Assembly: GCA_964426415.1 (NCBI GenBank)
Contig: CAYRQM010000005.1
Span: 265 to 64,264, forward strand
Source of the DNA: an uncultured Christensenella sp.
Lineage (GTDB): Bacteria > Bacillota > Clostridia > Christensenellales > CAG-138
Length of the DNA stretch: 64,000 bases
Reading direction: 5' to 3'
Below the pieces are notes generated by a model. It did not search any database. It saw only the letters and a program-made list of their open reading frames with translations, and was not told the origin of the DNA. The stretch's first letter is position 1, and the number at the start of each line of letters is the position of its first letter. Shown one piece after another: positions 25,493-34,713 of this stretch. Position numbers and translations under genes: made by a program.

Positions 25493-26203
25493 ATGGAGAA
25501 ACCGTCGCACAAGAGAAAACCGCTGAAGGAGTGGCCTTGGAAGAACATCATTGCCCTGATTTTGCTGCTGACGCTGGCGGCGTCGTTGGTGTTTACCATC
25601 ATTCGCTTGGTGCAGGCGCCCGTGGAAAGCGAGATGGAGGGCGAACGGCAAAAGAGCGATTATGTGCTGATGATCGTCCAATGCGGGCTGGGGCTTGTGG
25701 TGATGCTGCTGCCCGGTCTGATCGAACGCAAGCTGCACATCGACGTGCCCGACTTTATTGAGGTTCTGTTTTTCATCTTCCTGTACTGCGCCATCTATTT
25801 GGGCGAAGTGCGTTCGTTCTACTATCGCATTCCCATGTGGGATTCGTTCCTGCACCTGTTCTCCGGCGCTATGCTGGGCGCGCTGGGCTATTCCCTCGTC
25901 AGCATTCTCAACGATACGCCCAAGCTCAAGGTGCAGCTGTCGCCCCTGTTTGTGGGGCTGTTCGCGTTCTGCTTTGCCCTTGCCATGGGCGCCCTGTGGG
26001 AGATTTACGAATTTACCTTCGACGGCATCTTGGGCCTCAATATGCAGAAATTCCGTTTGGAGGACGGCACCGACCTGATCGGACGCGCCGCCCTTGCCGA
26101 CACCATGAAGGACTTGATCGTGGACGCCGTGGGCGCGCTGGTGTTGGTCGTCGTCGGTGCGCTTTTGCGCCGCCGCAAAGAAAAGCGTGCAACTGCCGCC
26201 TAA
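25493..26203 (+). CDS. polytopic membrane protein of unknown function
   Basis: MEKPSHKRKPLKEWPWKNIIALILLL... with about six hydrophobic helices. It may be YjdF/DUF2238-like (weak recall). The ATG at 25493 follows GGAAAGGGA. Confidence 0.65.
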   Translation: MEKPSHKRKPLKEWPWKNIIALILLLTLAASLVFTIIRLVQAPVESEMEGERQKSDYVLMIVQCGLGLVVMLLPGLIERKLHIDVPDFIEVLFFIFLYCAIYLGEVRSFYYRIPMWDSFLHLFSGAMLGALGYSLVSILNDTPKLKVQLSPLFVGLFAFCFALAMGALWEIYEFTFDGILGLNMQKFRLEDGTDLIGRAALADTMKDLIVDAVGALVLVVVGALLRRRKEKRATAA

Positions 26204-26215
26204 CATGATTCAAGC

Positions 26216-26252
26216 AAAAACGCGCTCCCTTCTTTGGGGGCGCGTTTGTTTT
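26216..26252. terminator. bidirectional rho-independent terminator
   Basis: AAAAACGCGCTCCC-ttcttt-GGGGGCGCGTTTGTTTT, between convergent genes. Confidence 0.75.
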
Positions 26253-26371
26253 ATTCTGATTCTTTGGCGCATGCATAGGGCACGCTGTGTTGGACGGTCA
26301 TTGGCATTGTGTGAAGCCAATCCTTTGATATCGTCATGCAGCGGTCTTGCCGCGCATCCTGTTCCGTCCGC

Positions 26372-27562
26372 CTATCGCACCCGCACAGGCTTTTTGCGCC
26401 CGTCCTTGACGCGGGAAGCGATGCGCTTGCCCACGACGGTCAGCTTGTTCTTTGCGACGATTGCCTCGCGCTGCACGGTGGCGATTCCCGCACGCGGCGC
26501 AGAGTTTTCGACCATCTGCACCATGAGCTTTTTGAGCATCTCGGAGATGGCTTCCCGCACGTCGGCGTTGGTGTTGTGCACCGATGTGATGACCGCCAGC
26601 GTGTTCTCGCGCCAATTCTGCCCAAAGTCCTTGATGCGCTCCAAATCGCCGCCGTTCAGCTGCCGATACATGGTGTTGACCAGCAGCTCGCGTTCCTCGT
26701 CCGATAGCTGCGCAATCCAATTTGCAATCGTGCGGTTGGTGTATATGGCGCCCGCGGAAAGGCGCGGCTCATACAGAAAATCGCCGTCCTGCACCGTCCA
26801 AGAATAGGGATCGTGCTGCATGATGCTCTTGTTGTCGCTGTGCACGATGTGATACGCTTCGTGGCTTTCGAACACCATGCCGATGATGGACGATTGCGGC
26901 ACCGTCTTTTGCACGATGGGTTCGATCTCGTGAAAGCCTTCCTTGGAAAAGACGTCCTCGCGGAAGCCCGGCCCGTCGTGGCAATACGCCGCGATGACCC
27001 GTTTGCGGGTGGACGCATGGCACATCGCCGCCGCGTACAGCGCCAGATTGCCGCCCTTGGAATGGCCGCCCGTGATGATATTGCCGTCCTCGCGAGAGGC
27101 AATCTCGTCCAGATACGCCGCCGCCTGCTGTTGGGACGGAACCGTGTCGCAAAACGCCATGTTGAAATCTTCCTTCCAACCCAAGAACGTGGCGTCCGTC
27201 CCGCGAAACGCCACATACAGCGTATGCGGGTCGATGCGCAGCGTGACCGCCGCAAACTGCTCCTCCTGCACCGCGTCGCGGCAGTCGGTAAAATCGACCA
27301 GCTGCATGGTGCGAAAGCGCGGGCTTGCCGCCATGGCAACGAGCAACCGCAAATTCTCCGCGGGCACGCGGGTACGCGCCAGCATCCCGTCGAACAGCTC
27401 GGCGCACAGCAAATCACGCACCTGCATCCCGCCCGCCGCAATGCGCTCCTTGGGCAGGTTCAGATAGCTAAATTGCGACAAGATCAAGCTGTCCACCGCC
27501 CCAAGCGACTGCTCCGTAAGCGAATAGAACGTGTGTTCCGCATAGTCGATGATATTTGCCAT
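26372..27562 (-). CDS. Mbeg1-like / DUF2974 alpha-beta hydrolase
   Basis: FRGTDATFLGWKEDFNMAF... and the nucleophile elbow GGHSKGGNLA (GxSxG). 396 aa. Confidence 0.75.
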   Translation of the reverse strand: MANIIDYAEHTFYSLTEQSLGAVDSLILSQFSYLNLPKERIAAGGMQVRDLLCAELFDGMLARTRVPAENLRLLVAMAASPRFRTMQLVDFTDCRDAVQEEQFAAVTLRIDPHTLYVAFRGTDATFLGWKEDFNMAFCDTVPSQQQAAAYLDEIASREDGNIITGGHSKGGNLALYAAAMCHASTRKRVIAAYCHDGPGFREDVFSKEGFHEIEPIVQKTVPQSSIIGMVFESHEAYHIVHSDNKSIMQHDPYSWTVQDGDFLYEPRLSAGAIYTNRTIANWIAQLSDEERELLVNTMYRQLNGGDLERIKDFGQNWRENTLAVITSVHNTNADVREAISEMLKKLMVQMVENSAPRAGIATVQREAIVAKNKLTVVGKRIASRVKDGRKKPVRVR

Positions 27563-27592
27563 GGCGCCCGCATCCCCTCATTTCGATGTTCC

Positions 27593-27601
27593 ATTATACC
27601 A
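27593..27601 (-). promoter_or_regulatory. extended -10 promoter element of the Mbeg1-like gene
   Basis: Minus strand reads TGgTATAAT, 30 nt upstream of the ATG, with a GAGGGGA SD between. Confidence 0.5.
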
Positions 27602-27643
27602 TGTCCGCGAACGGACGTAAACGGGACAAATGACGCGGCGCAT

Positions 27644-27675
27644 AAAAAACTTGCCCCCGCACACGGCGGAGGCAA
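27644..27675 (-). terminator. rho-independent terminator of the pst-pho operon
   Basis: Minus strand reads TTGCCTCCGC-cgtgt-GCGGGGGCAA followed by GTTTTTT. Confidence 0.75.
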
Positions 27676-27687
27676 TTCGGATGTGGT

Positions 27688-27936
27688 TCAGTGCCCTGCG
27701 ACGCTTGGAATGTCCAAAAGCTCGAACCGATATTGCTGTTTGCAATCGGGGTACTTATCATGGTCGACCTCGCTCAGAAATTCTTCCAACGGGCGAATCC
27801 ACAGGCTGCCGTCGCCGTACAGCTTGCGGTACACAACGTAGGACGCGCCGGAATCCGAATCTCGCGCCACGTCCTCGACCAGATAGGCGTCGCCTTTAAA
27901 ATGGCGATACACACGCTTCAGTTGAATGGTTCTCAC
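27688..27936 (-). CDS. DUF1653 domain protein
   Basis: ...VYRHFKGDAYLVEDVARDSDSGASYVVYRKLYGDGSLWIRPLEEF... ATGA overlap with the kinase gene stop. Confidence 0.75.
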   Translation of the reverse strand: MRTIQLKRVYRHFKGDAYLVEDVARDSDSGASYVVYRKLYGDGSLWIRPLEEFLSEVDHDKYPDCKQQYRFELLDIPSVAGH

Positions 27937-29621
27937 AGTGTCTCCTTTCTGACCCGCGTCCGCGGCTCCGTCTTGGGGAATGTGACGGTGACGCTTGTGC
28001 CCTCGTCCAAGACGCTTTCCAAGCGGATGTGCGCGCCGAGATGCTTTGCGGCGTGCTTCACGATGGACAAGCCCAGCCCCGTGCCGCCCGTCTCTTTGGA
28101 ATGGCTCTTGTCGGCACGATAGAACCGTTCAAACACGCGGTCTTGGTGTTCGGGCGCGATGCCGACGCCGTTGTCGCGCACGCAAAGCACCGCTTCTTGG
28201 TCGTTTTCCTCGACCGTCACCCACACGCTGCCGCCTTCGCGGTTGTAGCGGATGGCGTTGTCGCACAGATTGAACACAATCTCCTGCATCAGCCGCCGCA
28301 CCCCGTCGATGGTGACGGGTGCGCCCGAAACCGTGCAGGTGACGTGCTTGGCTGCCGCCGCGTCCGAAAGCGTTTCCACCGTATACTCGGCAAGCGACAA
28401 CAGCTCCACCGATTCATACGGGTATTCGCCGCCCTCGTCCAAGCGGGACAGGCGAATGATGTCGTTGATGAGCGCCACCAGCCGTGCCGCTTCCCGTCGG
28501 ATGTGCCCCACGAAGCGCGGCAAATCCTCTTCCTTGACCATTCCGTTTTCAATCAGCTCGGCGCTGCCCATGATGGATTGCAGCGGCGTTTTCAGCTCGT
28601 GCGAAACGTTGGCGGTGAACTCCTGCCGATTGCGCTCTGCAAGGGTCTGCTCGGTCACGTCAAAAATCAACAGCACCGTGCCGATCGTTTCGGCCTGCTC
28701 GCCGATGCGGCTGATGTTGAGCTGCTGTTCGCGGCCATGTCGCGTGATGCGCAGCTCGCTGTGCCCGTTTTGCGCCGCTTCGTCGATGGCGCGGGCGATG
28801 TCGCGGCTGCGGTCTACCGTCAAAAAGTCGTTCCCCACCGCAAGGGTGTTGGTGTCAAAGACGGCGCACGCCGCAGGATTGATGCTGACCACCGTTCCCG
28901 TTTCGTTCAGCAGAATCAGCCCTTCCCGCATGTTGTGCGTGGTGGCGGCGAACTCGTCCTGCTTGCGCTTGAGCTCGTCCATTTGCAGCCGAATCTGTGC
29001 GTGCTGCCGATCGATGCGCGTCAGCAGCGGCGCAAGCTCGTCATACGCTTTGTTCTCAAGCGGCTGCTCCAAGTCGAGCGCGTTGAGCGGCTTGACGATG
29101 CGCTTGGCGATGCTGTTTGCCGCGATTGCCGCCAATACGATTGCCACCACCAACACGATGAGAATGGGCTGGAACATGCCAAGCGCCAGCGACCAAACGG
29201 TGTACTGATCGACCGAAAGGCGCAGCACCGAGCCGTCGGACAGCCGCACGGCGCGATAGATGGTCTTTTGCGCCATGGTGGCGGAGTAACGCGCACTTTC
29301 GCCCGTACCCGTTTGCAGCGCTTCTTGGATTTCCTCGCGCGCGCTGTGGTTTTCCATCGTTGCGGCGTCCGCTTGGGAATCGTACAGCACTGTGCCGTCC
29401 GCTTGCACCCACGTCAAGCGGGTGTCCTGCACGTCCAAGCTTGCAAGATACGCGGCGCCGTTTGCCTCGACGCCCTTTGCCGCCATTTCCGTCTGCGCGG
29501 TCAGGCGATCCGTCTCGATGGTGTTGAAATAGTTGTACAATACGCCCATGATGATGAGCAAACACGCCAGCAAGACCGCCGAAGCGACCAACAGAATGGC
29601 GCGAAAAATGCGTTTTGTCAT
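27933..29621 (-). CDS. phoR: phosphate-regulon sensor histidine kinase (PhoR-like)
   Basis: MTKRIFRAILLVASAVLLACLL... with two TM helices flanking an extracytoplasmic loop, HAMP/PAS domains, the H-box SHELKTPLQSI and an ATPase domain. ATGA overlap with the regulator gene. The ORF extension to 29753 lies inside the regulator gene. Confidence 0.85.
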   Translation of the reverse strand: MTKRIFRAILLVASAVLLACLLIIMGVLYNYFNTIETDRLTAQTEMAAKGVEANGAAYLASLDVQDTRLTWVQADGTVLYDSQADAATMENHSAREEIQEALQTGTGESARYSATMAQKTIYRAVRLSDGSVLRLSVDQYTVWSLALGMFQPILIVLVVAIVLAAIAANSIAKRIVKPLNALDLEQPLENKAYDELAPLLTRIDRQHAQIRLQMDELKRKQDEFAATTHNMREGLILLNETGTVVSINPAACAVFDTNTLAVGNDFLTVDRSRDIARAIDEAAQNGHSELRITRHGREQQLNISRIGEQAETIGTVLLIFDVTEQTLAERNRQEFTANVSHELKTPLQSIMGSAELIENGMVKEEDLPRFVGHIRREAARLVALINDIIRLSRLDEGGEYPYESVELLSLAEYTVETLSDAAAAKHVTCTVSGAPVTIDGVRRLMQEIVFNLCDNAIRYNREGGSVWVTVEENDQEAVLCVRDNGVGIAPEHQDRVFERFYRADKSHSKETGGTGLGLSIVKHAAKHLGAHIRLESVLDEGTSVTVTFPKTEPRTRVRKETL

Positions 29622-30292
29622 TTGTCTTCCTCCAATTTGTAGCCCACGCCCCGCACCGTTTTGATGCAGTCGCCGTATGCGCCCAGCTTCGCCCGCAAGG
29701 TGCGAATGTGCACGTCCACTGTGCGCGTTTCGCCGTCGTAATCCTGTCCCCAAATATCATAGAGCAGTCGATCCCGCGTGTACACCGTGCCCGCATGGGT
29801 CAAAAACAGCTGTAACAGCTCGAATTCTTTGCGGGTCAGCTCCAACGGCTGCCCGTCCAACGTGACGGCGTGCCGCTTTGGCTCTAACACCAGCCCGCCC
29901 AGCCGAACGGCGTCGTCCTTTGCGGAAAACCGACTGCGCCGCAGCACCGCTTTGACCCGCGCCACCATCTCCATCATGCCGAACGGCTTGACCAGATAGT
30001 CGTCGGCGCCGCAGTCCAGCCCCTTGATTTTGTCGTATTCCATGCCCTTTGCCGTCGCCATGATGACGGGCATTTCGCTTGTGCTCGCTTTGGACTTGAG
30101 CCGTTTCAAAATGGCAAGCCCGTCCATGCCGGGCAGCATGACGTCCAAAATCACCAAATCGGGCAGCTCGGTGCGCAGCGCTTCAAAGAAGGATTCGCCG
30201 TCCGCAAACCCGCGTGCGCCCAAGCCGATGGACTCCAGCGTATACACCTCGATGTCGCGGATGCCCGCGTCGTCCTCTACGCACCAAATCAT
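29618..30292 (-). CDS. phoP: OmpR/PhoB-family response regulator (PhoP-like)
   Basis: MIWCVEDDAGIRDIE...LVILDVMLPGMDG... plus a winged helix (TVDVHIRTLRAKL...VRGVGYK). ATGA overlap with phoU. Confidence 0.85.
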   Translation of the reverse strand: MIWCVEDDAGIRDIEVYTLESIGLGARGFADGESFFEALRTELPDLVILDVMLPGMDGLAILKRLKSKASTSEMPVIMATAKGMEYDKIKGLDCGADDYLVKPFGMMEMVARVKAVLRRSRFSAKDDAVRLGGLVLEPKRHAVTLDGQPLELTRKEFELLQLFLTHAGTVYTRDRLLYDIWGQDYDGETRTVDVHIRTLRAKLGAYGDCIKTVRGVGYKLEEDK

Positions 30293-30942
30293 TCCGTTTC
30301 GCCTCCTATGCGTTGTCCCGTGACCGAATAGACGACCCATTCTGCAATGTTGGTGGCGTGGTCGCCGATGCGTTCGAAATACTTGGCAATCATCAGCCGA
30401 TCCAGTGCGCACTCCCCTTCTTGGGGCGCGGCGGCGATGTTGGCAATCAGCGCCCGCTTGACGGCGACGAACAGATCGTCCACCCCATCGTCCTCGTCTA
30501 TGACCTGTCGTGCCAGCGCCGCGTCTTGCCGCACAAAGGCGTCGACGCTTTCGCTGACCATCCGTTGGGTGGCTGCCGCCATCTTGTGGATTTCGGCACA
30601 TTCGCCGTCCGGATGCGCCATCAGGTAGCAGGCAATCTCCGCCACATCCGCCGCTTGATCGCCGATGCGCTCCATGTCGGTGATCATCTTGAGCGCCGCG
30701 GAAACCTGCCGCAAATCGCTTGCCACGGGCTGCTGTTCCAAGAGCAGCTTGAGGCACAGCGATTCGATGCTGCGCTCCTTTTGGTCGATCACGGCGTCGC
30801 CTGCCGCAATCTCCTGTGCCAGCGCCGCATCACGCGTGCGCAGCGCCGTCGATACCCGTGAAATGGCTTCCTCGCACAGCGCGCCCATCTCAATCAGTTC
30901 GCGGTGCAACAGCGCAAGCTGCGCGTCAAATCTGCTTCTCAT
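30289..30942 (-). CDS. phoU: phosphate signalling complex protein PhoU
   Basis: Two PhoU repeats, each with an ERIGD motif (ITDMERIGDQAADVAEI and AKYFERIGDHATNIAEW). Confidence 0.92.
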   Translation of the reverse strand: MRSRFDAQLALLHRELIEMGALCEEAISRVSTALRTRDAALAQEIAAGDAVIDQKERSIESLCLKLLLEQQPVASDLRQVSAALKMITDMERIGDQAADVAEIACYLMAHPDGECAEIHKMAAATQRMVSESVDAFVRQDAALARQVIDEDDGVDDLFVAVKRALIANIAAAPQEGECALDRLMIAKYFERIGDHATNIAEWVVYSVTGQRIGGETE

Positions 30943-31697
30943 CAGCCGAACCTCCCTGTGATATAGTCCTCGGTGCGCTTGTCCTGTGGGGACGAGAACA
31001 GCTGCTCGGTATCGCCGCTTTCGATGCGCGCACCCAAAAGAAAGAATGCCGTTTCGTTGGAGATGCGCAGCGCCTGCTGCATGTTGTGCGTGACGATAAG
31101 AATAGTATAACGGTTCTTCAGCGTCATGGCAAGCTCTTCAATTTTGGATGTGGAGATAGGATCCAGCGCACTGGTTGGCTCGTCCATCAGCAACACGTCG
31201 GGATCGACCGCCAAGGCGCGTGCGATGCACAGGCGCTGCTGTTGCCCGCCCGAAAGCCCCAACGCCGACTTTTTCAGTCGATCCTTCACCTCGTCCCACA
31301 GCGCGGCGTCCGAAAGGGCGCGCTCCACGATGTCGTCCAGCTTGGCGCGGTTCTTGACGCCATGGGTGCGCGGCCCGTATGCGACGTTGTCGTACACGCT
31401 CATGGGAAACGGGTTCGGCTTTTGAAAGACCATGCCGATCTCGCGGCGCAGCGCGTTCACGTCCAAATCCTTTGCAAAGATGTCCTGTCCGCGATAGCGC
31501 ACTTCGCCCGTGATTTTGACGTTGGGAACCAAGTCGTTCATGCGGTTGAGCGTCTTGAGAAAGGTGGACTTTCCGCAGCCCGACGGCCCGATCAACGCCA
31601 TGATGCTGTGTTCCGAAACGTCCAAATCGACGTGTTTCAGCGCTTGCGTATTGCCGTACCAAAGGCACAAATCGCGCACGGTGAGAATGGGATTCAT
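30942..31697 (-). CDS. pstB: phosphate ABC transporter ATP-binding protein
   Basis: [36 protein letters not shown], 251 aa. Its position is typical for pstB. Confidence 0.95.
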   Translation of the reverse strand: MNPILTVRDLCLWYGNTQALKHVDLDVSEHSIMALIGPSGCGKSTFLKTLNRMNDLVPNVKITGEVRYRGQDIFAKDLDVNALRREIGMVFQKPNPFPMSVYDNVAYGPRTHGVKNRAKLDDIVERALSDAALWDEVKDRLKKSALGLSGGQQQRLCIARALAVDPDVLLMDEPTSALDPISTSKIEELAMTLKNRYTILIVTHNMQQALRISNETAFFLLGARIESGDTEQLFSSPQDKRTEDYITGRFG

Positions 31698-32554
31698 AGA
31701 CTTCTCCTTTTCTTGAAATATCTGCCCACCAACGACGCCGCCAAATTGAGCAGCACCGTCAGAATCATCAGAATCGCCGCGATGGCGAACGCGACGTCAA
31801 ATTCGCCCCGTTCCTTGGCATACACATACAGCGCCACCGTCAGCGTGGAACCCGAGCGAAACAGCCCTTCAAAAAAGCCGTTCAGCGAATGGGCAAAGCC
31901 TGCGGTGAACAGCAGCGCGGCAGACTCGCCCACGATGCGTCCGACCGTCAAAATGCAGCCCGTCACCACGCCGTCCACACTGCCCGGCAGCACGACGGTG
32001 AAAATCATCCGCGCCTTGCCCGCGCCCAGTGCAAGCGCGCCCTCGCGTTCGCTTTGCGGCACGGTCTTGAGACTCTCTTGGGTGGTGCGCAGGATGGTGG
32101 GCAGATTCATGATGACAAGGGTGAGCGCACCCGCAAGCAGCGACGTTTTCAGCCCGAAGAATTGGCAAAACAGCAGCATGCCCACCAAGCCGTATAGGAT
32201 GGATGGGATGCCCGACAGCGTTTCCGCCGCATATTCGATGCAAGCGACGACGCGGCGGTTCTTTGCGTACTCGGTGAGGTAGATTGCGCCGCCGACGCCC
32301 AACGGCAGCACCAGCAACAGCGTGGCAAGCACGATGTAGACCGTGTTCAAAATGTCGGGCAGGATGCCGATGCGATTCGCTAAATAGCTGGGTGCGGTGG
32401 ACAGCAGCGTCCATGTGATGTGGGGCACGCCCCGCACCAGCACATAGCCGATGAGAAACAGCACGAGCGACACGGTGACGGCGGCAGAGACGCCCATCAA
32501 AACGCGCAGCGCGCCGTCGTACAGCTTGCGGCGTTTGGTTCTTGCTTTAAGCAT
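31694..32554 (-). CDS. pstA: phosphate ABC transporter permease PstA
   Basis: [26 protein letters not shown]... Six-TM permease. The ATG at 32554 overlaps the pstC end by 8 nt. Confidence 0.9.
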   Translation of the reverse strand: MLKARTKRRKLYDGALRVLMGVSAAVTVSLVLFLIGYVLVRGVPHITWTLLSTAPSYLANRIGILPDILNTVYIVLATLLLVLPLGVGGAIYLTEYAKNRRVVACIEYAAETLSGIPSILYGLVGMLLFCQFFGLKTSLLAGALTLVIMNLPTILRTTQESLKTVPQSEREGALALGAGKARMIFTVVLPGSVDGVVTGCILTVGRIVGESAALLFTAGFAHSLNGFFEGLFRSGSTLTVALYVYAKERGEFDVAFAIAAILMILTVLLNLAASLVGRYFKKRRSL

Positions 32555-33431
32555 GGAATTGCCCCTCCTTGCGATGCAGGAAAAAGCGCAGCGTGGCGTT
32601 GATGAGCAGGATGAACAAGAACAGCACCAGTGCGATCGAGAACAGCGCTTGTCGCTGCAGCCCGCCCGCATAGGACATCTCACTTGCCACCGCCGTGGTC
32701 AAGAACCGCACGCTTTGGAACAGGGACGGCATGTTTGCCGCGTTGCCCGATACCATCATCACCGCCATTGCCTCGCCGATGGCGCGCCCGACGCCCAGGA
32801 TGACCGCCGTGACGATGCCGCTTTTTGCGGCGGGCAGGGAAACGCGAAAGTACGTTCCCACAGGCGTGGCGCCCAGCGCCAACGATGCGTCCTCATATTC
32901 CTTGGGAACCGCCTCCAGCGCCGTCATGGACACCTTGATGATGCCGGGCAAAATCATCACCGCCAAGACCAGAATCGCCGCGAACAGGCTTGCGCCGTCG
33001 GGCAGCCCGAACACCGTGCGAATCGCCGGCACCAGCACCAGCATGCCCACAAGCCCGTATACCACCGACGGGATGCCCGCCAGCAGGCTGACGGCGCCGC
33101 CGACAATGCGCTTCCAAGCGGGCGGCGCGACCTTTGCCAAGAAGACGGCGGTCAAAATCCCCAAGGGCACGCCCAACAGGATGGCGCCCGCCGTGCCGTA
33201 TACGGAGGTGAGCAAAAACGGCAGGATGCCATAGGACGGCTCCGCTGCGGTGGACGCCCACGTTTTTCCGAACAGGAACGGAAAGAGCCCAATCTTGGTG
33301 ATGGCAGGGATGCCCGCCGCCACCAAGTACCCCGTAATGACCAAGACGGCGGCGACCGTCACCAGCCCCAAGAGTAAGAAAATGCCGTGCGCCAGCCGTT
33401 CGATGCGGCGCTGCTTTTTGACCCGTTCCAT
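32547..33431 (-). CDS. pstC: phosphate ABC transporter permease PstC
   Basis: MERVKKQRRIERLAHGIFLLLG... Six-TM permease with an EAA-like loop (ALEAVPKEYEDASLALGAT). Confidence 0.9.
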   Translation of the reverse strand: MERVKKQRRIERLAHGIFLLLGLVTVAAVLVITGYLVAAGIPAITKIGLFPFLFGKTWASTAAEPSYGILPFLLTSVYGTAGAILLGVPLGILTAVFLAKVAPPAWKRIVGGAVSLLAGIPSVVYGLVGMLVLVPAIRTVFGLPDGASLFAAILVLAVMILPGIIKVSMTALEAVPKEYEDASLALGATPVGTYFRVSLPAAKSGIVTAVILGVGRAIGEAMAVMMVSGNAANMPSLFQSVRFLTTAVASEMSYAGGLQRQALFSIALVLFLFILLINATLRFFLHRKEGQFHA

Positions 33432-33451
33432 GGGCGCTGCCTCCGCGCCCC

Positions 33452-34258
33452 TTATTGTACGGGCACTGCGCCTGCCGCCGTGATGACGGCATAGGCTTCT
33501 TTGGACGTAGCGTAATCAAAGAACGCATGCGCCGTTTCCGAAAGCGCCACATCGGTTCTTGTCACCAGTACGAACGGGCGGCGAATGGCGTAGCTGCCGT
33601 CCAATACGGTGGCTTCGGTGGGCGCAACGCCCGCAACGGTCAGCGTTTTGACGGTGTCCTGCACGGATGCGACGGACGCGTATCCCACCGCGTTGGGATT
33701 TTGCGCGACGGTGGCAATCACGTCGCCCGTGCTGGTCAGCTCCTGCCGATATGCGCAGACGTCCTTGGTTCCCGTGATGGATTCAAAGCCGTCCCGCGTG
33801 CCGCTGCCCGCCTCGCGCCCAATCAGCACAATGGCTGCGTCCGCGCCGCCGACTTCGCTCCAGTTTGTAATTGCGCCCGTGTAGATTTGGGCAATCTGCT
33901 CGATGGACAAATCCGATACGGGGTTGTCGGGATGCACGATGATGGCGATGCCGTCGTATGCCAAGATGGTTTCGGTCAGCCCCGCCGTCTTTTCTTCGTC
34001 CTTCAAAGCACGGCTGGAAAGCCCGATGTCGCAGCGCCCTTCGGATACCGCCGCGATGCCGCTGCCCGAACCCGTGGGGTTGTAGGTGAACGTCACGCCG
34101 TTGTGCGCGCTTTGGAAGGATTCGCCCAGCGCGCCGATGACCTTTTCCATCGAGGTGGAACCGTCGGTGGACACCGTGCCGCTGCCGCGGCTTGCGCAGC
34201 CAACGCTCATTGCCGCCGCCAGAACGACGACGATTGCCAATGTGATGATTCGTTTCAT
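33452..34258 (-). CDS. pstS: phosphate-binding lipoprotein PstS
   Basis: MKRIITLAIVVVLAAAMSVGC lipobox and a PBP2 phosphate-binding pattern (TFTYNPTGSGSGIAAVSEG). The ATG at 34258 follows GAAAGAGGAAAAAG. Confidence 0.92.
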   Translation of the reverse strand: MKRIITLAIVVVLAAAMSVGCASRGSGTVSTDGSTSMEKVIGALGESFQSAHNGVTFTYNPTGSGSGIAAVSEGRCDIGLSSRALKDEEKTAGLTETILAYDGIAIIVHPDNPVSDLSIEQIAQIYTGAITNWSEVGGADAAIVLIGREAGSGTRDGFESITGTKDVCAYRQELTSTGDVIATVAQNPNAVGYASVASVQDTVKTLTVAGVAPTEATVLDGSYAIRRPFVLVTRTDVALSETAHAFFDYATSKEAYAVITAAGAVPVQ

Positions 34259-34294
34259 ACTTCTTTTTCCTCTTTCTTTGTATCTTACGCTATC

Positions 34295-34349
34295 ATCATA
34301 CTGTCCGAATGTAAAGTCGGCTATCCCGACCATGTTAAATCTTGGTTAA
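34295..34349 (-). promoter_or_regulatory. putative pstS promoter with Pho-box-like direct repeats
   Basis: Minus strand reads TTAACC-5 nt-TTAACA-5 nt-GGGATA-6 nt-TTTACA-9 nt-TATGAT. The -10 is at 34295-34300 and the repeats span 34310-34349. There is no good -35. Confidence 0.4.
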
Positions 34350-34368
34350 GTACGGGCGCATGAGAAAT

Positions 34369-34500
34369 CTTTTGCGGGATAACCCGCGTACACGGGCTTT
34401 GGGGAAGAAACACAAATACCGCTCCATCCGTCATCCCGAGGCATAGCCGAAGGATCTTGAACGAACAAAACTTCTTCGGCACTTCGTGCCTTGGAATGAC
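34369..34500 (+). repeat. mosaic intergenic repeat, copy B
   Basis: Box CTTTTGCGGGATAACCCGCGTACACG at 34369-34394. Hairpin module GTCATCCCGAGGC...GCCTTGGAATGAC at 34430-34500. Confidence 0.85.
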
Positions 34501-34583
34501 CACGGAGGAACGACCGGCGGATACCATCCTCCCCTACACCCGGTGCTGCAATCAAAATAGCGGCAGCACCGCCATTTCCAAAA

Positions 34584-34634
34584 TTCCTTCATTCCTTCAT
34601 TCCTTCATTTCTTCATTTCTTCATTCTTCCTTCC
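34584..34634. repeat. octanucleotide tandem repeat
   Basis: TTCC (TTCATTCC)x2 (TTCATTTC)x2 TTCATTCT TCCTTCC, which is five full 8-nt units plus partial flanks. Confidence 0.9.
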
Positions 34635-34668
34635 ACAATCCATACGCACGTTGCAACACCGGCAACAC

Positions 34669-34700
34669 GAAAAAGGAACCGCCGAAGCGGTTCCTTTTGG
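34669..34700 (-). terminator. rho-independent (bidirectional) terminator of the nucleotidase gene
   Basis: AAGGAACCGC-cgaa-GCGGTTCCTT is a perfect 10-bp stem. It is flanked by AAAA and TTTT and lies 14 nt after the stop. Confidence 0.85.
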
Positions 34701-34713
34701 GGTACTGATTGGA

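Noticed and set aside
24964-25761. ORFs spanning the repeat-filled intergenic regions (24964-25761, 42749-43630, 42471-43277, 52373-53185, 52518-53324)
   Set aside because: They are built from the mosaic repeat elements and the 154-bp duplication, or run antisense into pyrH. The same pseudo-peptides recur wherever the repeat occurs, which indicates non-coding repeats rather than genes.
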